A DNA stretch of 64,000 nucleotides from Stylophora pistillata (Eukaryota): contig NW_019217896.1 in assembly GCF_002571385.2 (NCBI RefSeq), forward strand, positions 122,100 to 186,099, written 5' to 3'. Position numbers and translations under genes: made by a program. The notes under the pieces are model-generated. The model was not told the origin of the DNA and made no database searches. It saw only the letters and a list, made by a program, of their open reading frames with translations. Shown in pieces: positions 1-12,900 of the stretch; the first letter of the stretch is position 1; each line of letters begins with the position of its first letter.

Positions 1-880
1 ATCCAAGCTTATCTACGCCGTCAGGAAAGAGAAAGCGCTTTTCTTTCAATAAACAATGCATACGAGAATGATTTTAGACGTAAAATCATCTGGCTCGACT
101 TGTAACAATAAAATTTGAAATTGGTCTCGCCACTAGCTCTGAAAACACACTTGACAAAATCAAGAACGTTTCCTTTCAATTTAATATATCTGTACACTAA
201 TTTCTTCTGTCTTCGTGATACAGAGATGCCAAAATTATATATTTACATCATAGACTTTGTCCGTTTAAGTTCTTATTAGTTTTTTTTCCTTTTTCTTTTG
301 ATGTTTTTAACTTGAATTAAGCCTGCATAGTACAACATGAACGAATGACTAATTTTGTTTACATCGGTATTACATACCCCGAGGCTTATTCTTATTTGTA
401 CGAACGAATATTTTCTAATGTTTTTATTTTCTCTTGAAGCGAGGTATTTTGTGAAGTTCCTGTGTTGAATTTCATTTTGAGAATAATACATGGTCTGTCC
501 CTGAATTGAATAATACTCTCATTGGAGTTGCCTCTATTCACTGCTTCATTTCCGCAGGATTTTATGCTAATACATGTTCTATCAGCTTCTTTTGGCGCCG
601 AAATAAGTGAACTTGTTCCATGATACTAATCCTCTAGATAACTTTCGCCGTAAAATTTAACCCAACTCGCTTCCCCATCGCCCCTTTACGTAAGAATTGC
701 AAAGAATTCACATGTTTCCGTGAATATCTCGTACCAACTTGCGGTACCTACTTCGCACACCTGGGGTTTTGCTTCTGAATTATTGATGGCAATTCAAATT
801 CGTTTGAATGAAAACCCGAGAGCGATGAATTCCAAATTGCAAAATTCATTTTTCCTAGAATTATTTGCTACCTATCTTCC

Positions 881-1969
881 CTATGCGTGTCTCTTCATGT
901 GTAGAGCTAGATGGTCCGATCGTGAAAAGCACCGATCACAATGAACACATTTGAACGGTTTGGCTCCAGTATGTTTTCTGTAATGGCGAGTAAGTTCATC
1001 CGAGCGAGCGAAACGCCAGTTGCATCCATCCCAAGAACAACGGTATGGCTTTTCTCCCGTATGAGTACGTTGATGAGCTTTCAGATGCGAGCTCTTCGTG
1101 TAAACTTTACGGCAACCACTAAATTGACACCGATGCACTCGCCGTTTGCTCTCCGAGTCTTTGTCTTTAGGGCTGTTTGCTCTAGCACCTCCATTTCCTC
1201 CCCTCGCGCGAGGGGAGCGCGAACTCGGCCTGCCTGTTCTCTGCTGGTTCGGGCTACTAAACACAACTACAGGAGACTCCGGTGAGCTCGGTGGAGTTAG
1301 CGGTAAAACAGGCTTAGGAATTTTGCTAATCTCTTCGCAGCCCGTTGGGGTCGGTAATTTGATCTTTAGAGGTTTTACTGGGAGCTCCATAGATGGTTTG
1401 GTTTCCGTTGGAGTTTCTGGAAGAACCGTAGGCACTGTGGGAAAGGTAGCTATTGAAGTGAAATCAATGGGTTTGATATCCCAGTCGTCGCCAAATGGAA
1501 AATTTGACTCGTCGAAAGGTTGAAGTAAAAATTCGTTCCAAGGAGCTGGATTTCCTAAGTTTGAGTCTTTACAATCCAAAGATGATGGTTCAGGGCAAAG
1601 ATAACGATCCATTTCTAGTCTTGTCTGGAAAGAGAAAATAACAAAATACTATACAAGTCAGCAATGAAAACGAGCGCGAAAATGAAATACACAACGAATA
1701 CAGAATAAGGTAAACATGGCCGAATTACAAATCACGGTAAAGTTCGCGAGAAACGCAGGAGGCTGCAAGCTTCCCAAGAGTGTCCAAAGCCATCGTTAAA
1801 GGCCACATGTTAAGCTTGCTAAGCTACAAGGACAAAACCATTAGAGAAATTCACGTACCTGTGCCCAATCGTCTTCAAGCGATGGAAGCGAGTAGAAAAA
1901 GCCTGTGTCGTGAACAGTTTGTAGTTCGTGGAAAATTGAAGAGCACGGAAGAGCAGACTGCAGATCCAT
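881..1969 (-). CDS. KLF6/7: Kruppel-like factor 6/7 (2 coding exons: 1859-1969, 881-1624; 284 aa)
   Basis: Exon 1 reads [37 protein letters not shown] and splices (GT at 1858, AG at 1625-1626, phase 0) to TRLEMDRYL..., matching the KLF6/KLF7 acidic N-terminus. Three C-terminal C2H2 fingers ([33 protein letters not shown]...[12 protein letters not shown]...[12 protein letters not shown]) and a PLTPPSSP motif are present. Confidence 0.95.
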
Positions 1970-2189
1970 GTCGCAGGAGAGCAGCGTAGAAGTGAAAGCT
2001 GAGCGTCAGTGAAGCGATGCTACGGGTGAGTGAGACGAAGGAATGTCAGAATAACACAACACACAACACACTATCGCTTCTGTCATACACACTCGCCGAC
2101 GCTCAAATCAGTCGCAAAAAATAAAGCAGGGGACCCAAGGGTGCTTTGCAAAGTGCCGAGTGTAAAATTATCAATTAGCCATGTGCGCT

Positions 2190-2285
2190 ATGATTGGCAG
2201 ATGGTTTCAAATTCCACCAATCAAAACACTATGTTTGTCAGCACTCGCAATTAGTCAAAACAAAAGATCCTATCTGACCAATGAC
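2190..2285 (-). promoter_or_regulatory. Putative KLF6/7 proximal promoter with three CCAAT boxes
   Basis: TGATTGG (~2191), ACCAATCA (~2216) and GACCAATGA (~2277) lie 220-315 bp upstream of the ATG. Confidence 0.4.
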
Positions 2286-4615
2286 TGTCATTATTTCAAC
2301 AGAAGCCTTATAAGGTTGCGACTATTTTCGGCTGTGATATAAAAATCAGCTGTAACGAACAAACAATCGCGTGGAAGAACTCTCATTAAGTTTCTCTGTA
2401 AAATTCCTCGCTAGATCGTCAAGTGTCTTAGCTCCAAAGCCCTTTTTATTGCAACTTATTATCAAATATATTACTCTATTTCTCAGTTGTGTTTGGAGCG
2501 TATGAGGTGAACTGTGGTTGTATGACAAATGTTATCGTGTCTATGATGTCACTTTTCTGAAGGAGAACTGATCTTCAGTGTTTTGTTGCGTACGTGCTGA
2601 AAATGCATAGATACACACACCAAAATAAGCGAAATCAGGAAATTGCGTGAAAAGGAATTAAACGTCATGGTTTCTTTTGAATTTGGTCTAGAATAACGCG
2701 TCGTGTTTCCGTTGGAGTGCGTGACTTTTCAATTCAGTGTTGTTTACGACGTTCTGCGGCGCAATAAAAATAGCAAGTCTAGAACGAAAACAAACATGTC
2801 AAAATCATTAAAATAAACAGATCTGATGAAAATCGTCGATTTCATTGTCGTTTCTTTTTTCATCCAGAAAATTAGAAGTTTGGTATATGAACTCAATCAG
2901 TGTTAGTGGGTTTCGGTTTAGAGTCGTTCGATAAAAACATACCTGAAAGCAATGGAGCGTGTGTTCCAACAGCGATATTTTGCTTGTGGCCGTATTTGTC
3001 ACCTTCATTCAGCATGTTTTCGGGAAATGCAAAGGAAATGGTAGTTATTGTTATTTGTCATTAGATCTGTAAAATTAAAATTTATGTAAAGATAACAAAT
3101 TATCTTTTGTTTTTATCGCCACTGAACCAAGAAAATGCCTTTCATGACGAATCGACCGATTCTTGCATCTATAATTATCCTGTCGGTCCATCGAATGTCA
3201 AAACAATACGTGCGGAAAATCTGAAAAGCGATATTTCTCGAAACGATTAAACAATATTTGCGAGTTCTTCGCACCTTTATATCGCCTCGCCCGATCAGTT
3301 GAAGTATTCAGCGGAGCAGAACATACTTTCAATATATTTAGAATAAAATACATCTTTTGCAGGAAGTTTATGTATGTTTCGTTGTTTGAGTTGGCTCTTG
3401 AAAGGGCGAAATGCCCATTAGAAACTTGTAGATACGTAACAGTTTCCAAAAGTAAACATAGATCAAATATTGTAAAACAATTTAAGATCTATGCCAAAAA
3501 TTTCAAAATCGTCTTCAACATCGGTGTTTATGGGAAAGCGACTTTGTTCTACGTTCATATCAGCTGTTAAGAGTTTACCGCGATAAGTTATTTCTAACTT
3601 CCGCTTTTGTGTGGATGTCTCGAAGAGTCCGCGTTTATATTGTCACGTTTTAAGTTTAAAAGTCTTCAATGCGATGGGCACCATACAGTCAACAATAATT
3701 CATCTTGAAAATAACATATCCTCTTCGGTCATACCACGCGTTTGTAGGTAAAGATTAATTTCGTGATTGGATATAGAAGAACAAAGTCTGAGTTTGTATT
3801 GATGTGTGAAATTGAAACCTGCCACACTGGAAAGAATTATCAGACAAACATAACGTTTACAAATTCTACCCAATTACGTCGACCAAAGTAAACTTAATCA
3901 ACCTCGCTACAGAGATCTTGAAGCTCTAAAATCCCTTGATTTACTCTCCCTGCGGTATTTTGGGACATGTTTTCCACCTCTCCTTGACCTGAGCCACTCG
4001 GAAGTCGGTAGCCTCAAAGTCTGCAGTTAACGTATAAAACCAAAAATAAGCGAGATAGGTAAATTGAGATCAATTGATCCTTGACGAGCGAATGCCCAGG
4101 TTTCTTGTGGTTGTAATCTCTAGAACTAACAAAGAGCTCCGATTACATAGACGCTGTCATTATGGAATTGATTTTGAGAAGTATTTGCTATCAACGACAT
4201 ATACTTGACGCGGCCTGAATTGTCTGATTTTCGATGTTGAAATTTTTTTTTTACCTGTGTCCTTTGGCTTTCACACTCAAATGGCAATCCGCTGGCGTGG
4301 GAAGAACTGTGGAGATTGAAGTACCTTGAATCATTCGCCCTGAGGGTCTTGTTTTATTTGATAATTAAGATACAAGAAAGTGAAAGAAGGGTTACGAGAT
4401 ACGCGATTTTTTAAAGAAATTTGTGAATTCTAAAAACTTTCACGTCTTATACATCGTAAGAGTTAAGACAAGTTTCATCATCACCTTCAACGTATTGGGC
4501 AAACGGTTAAGAGAATTGATGGTTTGACCTCAAGGTTTTTGTGATGTGTTCCGGAAATACCAGAACTGTGACTCATCTTTCTATTAATTTCCAAAGCCTT
4601 TTCTTGCACGCACAG

Positions 4616-4650
<35 letters not shown>

Positions 4651-4705
4651 ACTTTCATAGCTAACACAATTACTGGTAACCCAGTAGTTTACATTGTGGG
4701 CTGTA
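4616..4705 (-). mobile_element. Retroelement 3' tail with (TTTA)n
   Basis: (TAAA)n followed by ...ATAGCTAACACAATTACTGGTAACCCAGTAGTTTACATTGTGGGCTGTA. The same sequence occurs at 31511-31596, flanked there by a TSD. Confidence 0.55.
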
Positions 4706-5906
4706 AAGTTGATATACACTGATCTGGATTTTTACTGAAGATTAATATTGAAGCTCTGATTGGTTCATTAGTTGAAAAAGTACTCGATCGAAAAGTCCGC
4801 TTTGAAAATGTGTTAACTAAAGCCATGGGATACATAATTTCCCAACAAGGCAAACAGCAGAGTTTAATCTAGCTTAAGACCTTGTTTAATCTAGGGTTAT
4901 ATGATACAGGAACTACTGTTCTTCTTTTGTTGAAAAAGACAAACAAAACACAAGTATCGAAAACTGCTTTTAATTTTAATTCAGCTACATAGAATTTCAG
5001 TCTCAACTGAAAAGTACTTAGTTCTACAGCCAATTTGTGTAGCGTTTTTAATGCCATATCTTTCAGCACAATATTCACTGTACATTAAATTCGTCTCGTA
5101 AATCGTTTAATTTCTTCTACTTTTTGACAAAAATACCATTCATTTTCAAACACTTGGAGGTTAGAAGAGTCTATGGGGCACGCCTGTATCGGTGCAGAAT
5201 TGTACATTAGGAAGAATAATAATCTGTTCTTGGGGGAAGGGTGATTCGTCTCTTTTAGCTACTTTAGAGAAAGACATTATTTTGTTCCATGCACCTCGAA
5301 GACGTCTGGGCTTCGTGAAAGTCAACAAGTTCGCGTCCTCTCTAAATTATTTCTGTGCGGGAACAAAGATATGTGTTCGTACACTTTTGAAGTCACGACA
5401 AACACAGAATCTGAGATGGTCGGAACGGGATCCATAGGTTTTTTATTTTTTCGCCGCTAACAACCGTAACCTTGCACGTTTACGAGGTAGTCGTCTTCTG
5501 TCACGTGATTTTGAAGTTGGCTGTCAATTGGTCCTTGTCCAGGTGCTTTGCTATTGGGGGGTAGGGGTAACGCACTCGCTCACCACGCATGTCAGGCACG
5601 CACGCTCTCGACATCTTTGGCGCTTCAAACTCACGCACTCTCGCACGCTCTCTCTGTGGTCGCCGTCACGTGATCAATTCTACAAGAGAAGGAACTAATG
5701 GTCAGAAAAGTGAAATAAATTGTAAGAGAATAGTTAGAGACGGGGGAGTATGGACGCGGAATCAGAAGCAAAGCACAGATGTCGCTTTTGTCTCTGTCGC
5801 GTGAGACAAGTGAAAACTGAATTCTTTGAGTCGTAAGCCGACGGATGGTCTGATAACTCATGATTGGTTGGTTCTCCTGCCTGTCTTTGCGACTCAGACC
5901 ACAAGC

Positions 5907-6166
5907 AGATCACACTATGTGTTCGTGGTTAATAATTGTTGACTTGAGACAAACAAGATCTATGAGAGTTACGAAAAATCTCTGAAAATTGCATATCTAA
6001 ATTACATCTCGGCCAGAATGTCTCAACATAAAGAGTAAATACATAAAGAGTAAATCGACTCATTTGTGATATTTTTTCGCCTTCATGGGCCGGAGGCCAA
6101 AAGTAATTCGGTAATTTTTTCGTCTTATGTCTACAATTATTAACCACGAATATATAGTATGGTCTG
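5907..6166. mobile_element. Small inverted-repeat element (MITE-like)
   Basis: CAGATCACACTATGTGTTCGTGGTTAATAATTGT at the left pairs imperfectly with ACAATTATTAACCACGAATATATAGTATGGTCTG at the right. Confidence 0.45.
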
Positions 6167-6340
6167 CCTGCGCTCAGACTATTTAGTTTTCACATGGTCG
6201 TGAGTGTCGGAGCCATCTGCGGAATCAGAGGGAAATGAACCTATCTGACTCTTGGTATCTTCCAGCTCCCCAGTAACGTCGAGCATGACTACCCCTTCGA
6301 CTTCGACTAAGACTCCGATTATACATCTGTCTCAGACGCT

Positions 6341-6356
6341 AATAATAATAATAATG

Positions 6357-6397
<41 letters not shown>

Positions 6398-6499
6398 CCT
6401 TTATCATTATAATGACTAAAAATATTTTTAAAAAATTATGATAAAATAGATTAAACTGTTTAATAAAAATCTAAGAAAAACTGACGGTACACGCTTCGT

Positions 6500-6536
<37 letters not shown>

Positions 6537-6620
6537 GTTTACTTGACCTTTAAAGAAGGAGAAGATAAAATATTATAATAATAATAATAATAATAATAAC
6601 AACAATAACAACAACAAACG
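6341..6620. repeat. (AAT)n/(AAC)n microsatellite cluster
   Basis: Three trinucleotide runs are directly visible. Confidence 0.95.
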
Positions 6621-6903
6621 AAACAGCCTTAATGTTGAAAGAACATAACATTCTACGGTAACAGCAAGAAAAGTCTGACTCTTCTATAGACTCTCGTATA
6701 TCATAAGTCCAAGCGCACCAAAGCAAGATCCAAGATCACCCTTAAATAAAAGATTAGCAATATTTTACTATACCGTACGGAACTGAGTTTGAACAAATAC
6801 CGAGACGTATCTATCGGATACAAAATTTGTATTTAACCATACTTCAAGACTTAAAACGGATTCAACGCGTTTGTGTATTAGGGAGAGAACTGCTGACTTA
6901 CAG

Positions 6904-9900
6904 CTAACTGACCTGCTGTTGTTTGAGCTTACGCAGTTCCTTAGTTGCCCATGTAGCGACTTGTTTGGTTTTGTGTGTCTTTGATCGTCGCCCTTCTTGT
7001 AACAGCTCGTTGATGGCTTGCTTTTCGAGCAGGACATGAACTTGGGCCCCGAATGCTGAGCAAATATCTCTACGAAAACAAAATCATTAAAATGAGTAAA
7101 ATGCATAGATAGCATGATTCAGTCTCTTGGAACAAACTTTTTTAAGGCGTCCTAATCGACGCGCAGTCGCCAAATGGTTGGTGCGCTGCAGTCCCGATTA
7201 AAAGGTCCCACTTCGAACGCAAGCCGGGATCATGGGGAAGACACTTCTATCTCAGTGCCTCTTCAGTCTCCACTTAGGCCCAGAGGAGTTAACAAATAGT
7301 AAACACCACACGCACATTGCTTAGTTATAGATGCACGCGGGAGGTTACTAAGCACGAAAGAAGCGTAAGTCGCGCGAGAAGATAGCCGAGAGCTTCTCTT
7401 GCTTCTTGAGTGCTTAGCAACCTCCCGCGTGCATCCAGAACTCAGTGGCGTACACCGTCGTGTTAACCATTTGTTTTGTACCATAACATTGATACATTGT
7501 AACAAAAGTGTTCCGTTTTTTTCTTAACAAATCTCACGTGGCCAGAAAAAAAAACATGCTCGCGTCAGCAGAGTACACCAATGGCAAAATGGCGGACACT
7601 GAATTGACCAATCACAATGCTCGCTTTACTTTGGTTATGTTATAATATAAAATAGATACCAGTGGAATTTTCAGGGGGATAAGGCTAAGTACTGGCAGCC
7701 TAGCTTATGACGGGCTCTTTGTCAGTAGAATTTCCATCACATTTCACCGGTATGTCACGCTGACTTGGAATGTGTTGGGGTACCCAGTGATTACAAGAGA
7801 CGCAGAGTTGTGAGTTGTGAAAAGGTCGCCATTAACTGGAATGAAGCATTTATGTAAGCTTTTGAAAGCAGACAGACCCCAAAGGAGAAAGAATAAACCA
7901 AAAGGTAACAAGGATAGTAGAGGACATACAAATAAGGTAATCTGGTTTTCTCAACTAACTTAAAATTGTAAATTGGCCACCGTAAAGAGTTAAAAAGCTG
8001 ACGTTTCGAGCGTTAGCCCTTCATCAGAGCGAAAGACGAAGGGCTAACGCTCAAAACGTCGGCTTTTAACTCTTTACTAAGGCCAATTTTCATTATGAAC
8101 TCATTTGATAAAACCAAATTACCTTGTCCCCCCACCGACGCAGCTCCCGACATACAAATAACACGGTTTGCAAATGACGAACTTGAAAAGTAACATTAAT
8201 ATCCACATTCTCCACACTGTTCTCTTTACATTTTCTACGGTTGTGACAAGGAGAGTTTGTTTGACAATCAGGAGCTTCTCCAATTGGTGATCGTTTCCTT
8301 TATTCTCATGACCTTTAGTTTACATTTTATTTCAGGGTGATAATGCAAAGGAGAAATTTGAAGCTAGTCACTCTTAGAGTTAAAGTGTTGAAGGCATTAC
8401 CATGGGATGAAAAAGATCTGGATCAATGATTCAAAGCCACATCACTCGGTTTACCTGAGCGGCTCACAAACTCCTCATACAATGAATAAAGGCTGATAGT
8501 TTCGAAAGAAACTGTTTGGGCCTGCGTCGGTGGGAGTAACGAAATAATTTGGATATATCAACAAAGTTGAAATGGTAAATTGGCCACCGTAACGAATACA
8601 ATGTCCTCATACAATGTCCTCATACAATGACCACCTACCCAACAAGACCACAAGCACTGGACACATTGCTTTCCGTATGATCCACGTCTGTTGCTATGAC
8701 CTCAATGAAGTTGATGATATGCAGAAGGTGAGGCTGAATTACATCCAGAACTAATTTAAAAATCACAACCGCAATAAGACTGACGGATTGAAGATGATTC
8801 GAATTACAACTAACAGCAAGAATGAATGACATTAGAATAATTGCTTCACTGGGTACCATTTAGGGTTCCATAGTAAAAGGTTTCTTTTAAAGAAACTGGC
8901 CAAAAAGGGCTCAGGTCGCCCCCTTCTTTAATTTTACGGAGCCCTATTTCAAAAATGGGGACCCAATAAAGGGAACCCAATACAGGGGACCCTATAAATG
9001 ACCAAATAAAGGGGACCCAATTAAGGGGGCACTACAGAAGGTTTCAAAGTACTTGTAGAGTATATTCAGTGAGAAAACGAAGAAGCTACATAGCAGCGCT
9101 CGTACAAATCTTGTTGTCAATTATGTTTTCGAACACATTATTTAATAAAACGAACACGACTTTAAAATACGTAGTGCTTAGCCTTGAGCACAATTTTTTG
9201 CACCCCATTTCACGCTAAATCGTAAGTTTTAGGCGGTATTTCTTTTCCAATTACGGAAATCCTGCAAAGCTGCGCTCTAGAACAAACTCTGACGGTAAGA
9301 AATTCGGGAAAGAGAGATGTTAAGGAGCTTCACTATACTTACGACCAGGTGTGGGACTGGGTCCGTCAGTAGAGCCTTTTAGTCCTTGTATAATGCCAGT
9401 GTAAGCTTCTAAACATCCTTCCCTGAGCTCATTTAAGTAGTCCACCATGTCATAATCCGCCTGAAATTCAGACCGAAAGATTTGGGGTAACTATCTTGTA
9501 AGAGAAATTGATCAATACAGCAGATCAAATAAAAACCTGATATCAAGTTTGGGGAGGACAACCTCCCAGGAACTTCAAACTTCCTGGAAGGTTGTCTTCT
9601 CTCCACTTGGCTACACTTCCTTCTATCCTGGAAGTGTAGCCAAGTGGACAACGGCATCAGTCGGCGTCAAAAGATTATTCTGTTCTGCAGCTGTTTGTTT
9701 TGTGGAGAATCGGTATCCAGTTGCATATCAACTGGATAACGATTTGTTTTCTATATGACGTTTTTACCCTTAAATAAACAAATCAGATATAAGTTATGTT
9801 GTGATTCGCCAGCCAACATTTTGTATCTTCGTTTCCTGGTTACAAATCGAACTGAAATGGAGCGAAGGTTTCAGCGGAGAGAAACATTGGAGAAACTGAA

Positions 9901-12900
9901 GGAATACCCTTGAAGAAAAAGTGGCAATCAACAACAGAATCAGCCCACTCGTAACGCCTATTTCAATGAATCAAGCCCGGGCTATGGTGGTCGAAGGTGA
10001 ACTCTCCCCTCCTCCTTTCCTGCCTTCTGCCCTCCCGTACCACGTCCCCTCCCCCCGAAACCTACCATCCTGATTCTCAACAAACTTGACCTTGATTGAT
10101 TGAAGTTCCCCTACACAGGCTCTTAGACCCTGAACAGAAGTCCGTTAAAGATCGTTCATGGGCGTATAGGTTGTCACAAAAATGTTGAGGTCACCAGTAT
10201 CGTTTGTTTTTTCTCTCTAAGCTTCACAACTCATTTTAGTACTTTCAGAACGTTTGTATGCATTGAAATCTATTTTTTTTAATCCATCCAACTTTAAATA
10301 ACTTACTTTGTCCACAATCGTAACAGATGCTTGATTCAGAGTTGCTATGACAACATCAAAGTAGGGAGAGAAACTGGGCCCGATGGCTAAAGCAACATCA
10401 CCAAACACCGAGAGAATATGAGGTTTGACGCTGCGATGGACATTTGCGTCCTGTTAAAATGCAAAATGAAACTCCTTACTAGAAAGAACAAACACAGCAA
10501 TCGAACGTCAACGCATGTACGTGCGCTGTAACTGCGAAAAAACAAAACCAAAACAATGCAAATGAAGAGCACCACAAAGAGTACCTCAAAGAAGAGGTGT
10601 CGCGCATCGTACAAATTTAAAACAAGTGTAAGTAAACAACGTTGTTCTCACCCCCTTTCCCGCTCCCCCGTCCAAATTTACTTACACATAAATTTAGTTT
10701 CTGGATAACAGCATGAAAAGAAAAGAATGCTGGTATCAACAGCTACAGATAAGCGTGGAACCAAAAAAAAAAAAAAAACAAAATCAAAAACAGAAAAACC
10801 CATCATGCGAGGGGCATGAATCCTGACGATAGAGTGAAAATACTCACCGCCAGGTTCTCCATTAAAATCTGCATGAAAAGGTCACTGACGTTCATTATTT
10901 TTTCTCCCAGTGCTCTAGCAATGTCTCCAACTAGTCCAACAGCGGCAACACAAACCTATTATAGAAAGATGGATGGAAAACATTATTACAGTGACAGAGA
11001 AACTACTTATTCATCTACTTGTCTGTTGTATAATTACTCACGTTCTGTTACTCATTGATTGAAGATGGCATAAGCATGCCAAAACATGTCTCTCAAAAAA
11101 GTTGTCTATTTCTTACAATATTTGAGCTTTAATTGTCACATCTCACAGATGTGTGTTAAACAGATAAACAAATTGGTGTTCTCAGGCGCGTAGCGTCCTA
11201 TACGCATATACGCACGTGCGTACTTCAAGTGACCAGAAAATTTTGAAATTTTTAGCAATTGATTTTTACGCTCAGTTTACTTAGGTTTCTAGATCATATG
11301 TACTTGTGCGTACTTGAAAAAATGACCACGCTACGCGCCTGGTTCTTAAGAGATTTAAAAACATTATTACCAGTAATGTAATGCCGCGTTTATACAAAGC
11401 TTTTATTCCACTACACTTTCAATATTGCTCCCTTGCAAGTACAATACAAGTGCAGTACATTGATTCATTTACCCGTTTGGCTGATTAAGTATCACCTCTT
11501 CGCATGGCTGCTGACTCTGCACATTGCAGACTTTTAAGCCTTGCTTGGAGACCAAAATAATCCATTTTAAAGGACAATGGTCATACAGAAGAAGAAGACA
11601 TTCTTTAACTTAGCTTGGTCCTTAAGTTAACATTAACGTGAGCTAAGTAAAGTTAATGCTAAACGGCATCTTGAATGCTAGAAAAACAATAGCTGAACAA
11701 AACTACATTGACGCTGATCGATCGACTGTGTTAAATTCGGCATTGCTTCACTGGAATTTACCACTCAATGATAATAACTCAGTTATTAAAGTAAGGCGGG
11801 AACAATGCAGTTCCTTTCCTCTGAACTATATATTTAGGAGAGTGTTTCAAACGTTATTTCACTGAAAACACACTATTCAGAAATATGGCGTTACTGAAGT
11901 GCCACAAAAGTTACACAAGTGCCACAAAAGTTAGACAAGTGCCACAAAAGTTACATGAGTGCCACAAGTTACACGAGTGCCAAAAAGTTACACGAGTGCC
12001 ACAAAGTTACACGAGTGCCACAAAGTTACAGGAGTGCCACAAAGTTACACAAGTGCCACAAAGTTACACGAGTGCCACAAAGTTACACGAGTGCCACAAA
12101 AGTTGCAAGAGTGCCACAAAAGTTACACGAGTGCCACAAAAGTTACATGAGTGCCAGGTTACAATAGTGCCATAAGTTACATAAGTGCCATTAAAGTTAC
12201 AGAAGTGCCACTGTAGGTTACGCGAGTGCCACTTTGCGTTACACAAGTGCCACAGTGAGGTTACAAAATTGCCTTTATGTCTAGCTCTCTACAAGGATAA
12301 ATCACCTGGTATTCAACTCGCTCTCTCAGTGCTTCTATTAAATAAGGCTTGAAAGATTCCATGTAAGGGTCAAAATTCATCCCAAGAACTAAAAAAGAGA
12401 CAAGATTTGATATGGATGATCAGACTACCACACCACACAGGTGACTGCTACTCCTGTGTTCAAGCCAGCCCTTTTTTTTTTTTTTAAATTAAATATCAAG
12501 AATTACTTAACAGATATGAAAGAAATTACATTATTACACTACATCACAATGATAAATTACCTACAATAGTACATTACGTTACAATACTGCTTTATTAACA
12601 CGATACTATTACTAACAACGCTATAAGTACAATTTAAATTAAACAAATAACTGCAATGTTTATTAAATTTATCAAAAAAAAAAATTATTTTAGGGGCACT
12701 TTTGCCAGGCCACTTAGAAAGATGAAAAGAGCTGAAAAACATTCAATTAAGTTAAAGTTGTATCAGAACTCAAGTCAGAGTTATCAGAGGAATTCATAGT
12801 GACCGCATGGGTGCACGAGTGCTTCTCCTGCATTCAAACCAGTAACTGTGTTACAAGTTTGATGATTCATTTTATTATTTGTGAACATACCTTCCACTAG

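Noticed and set aside
941-1523. Antisense ORFs over KLF6/7 (likewise over JUN at 61419-62426 and at 50343-51045)
   Set aside because: Shadow frames of real coding exons with no recognisable motifs.
11885-12246. Cys/His-rich repeat proteins in the ORF track
   Set aside because: Translations of a minisatellite inside a KPNB1 intron.
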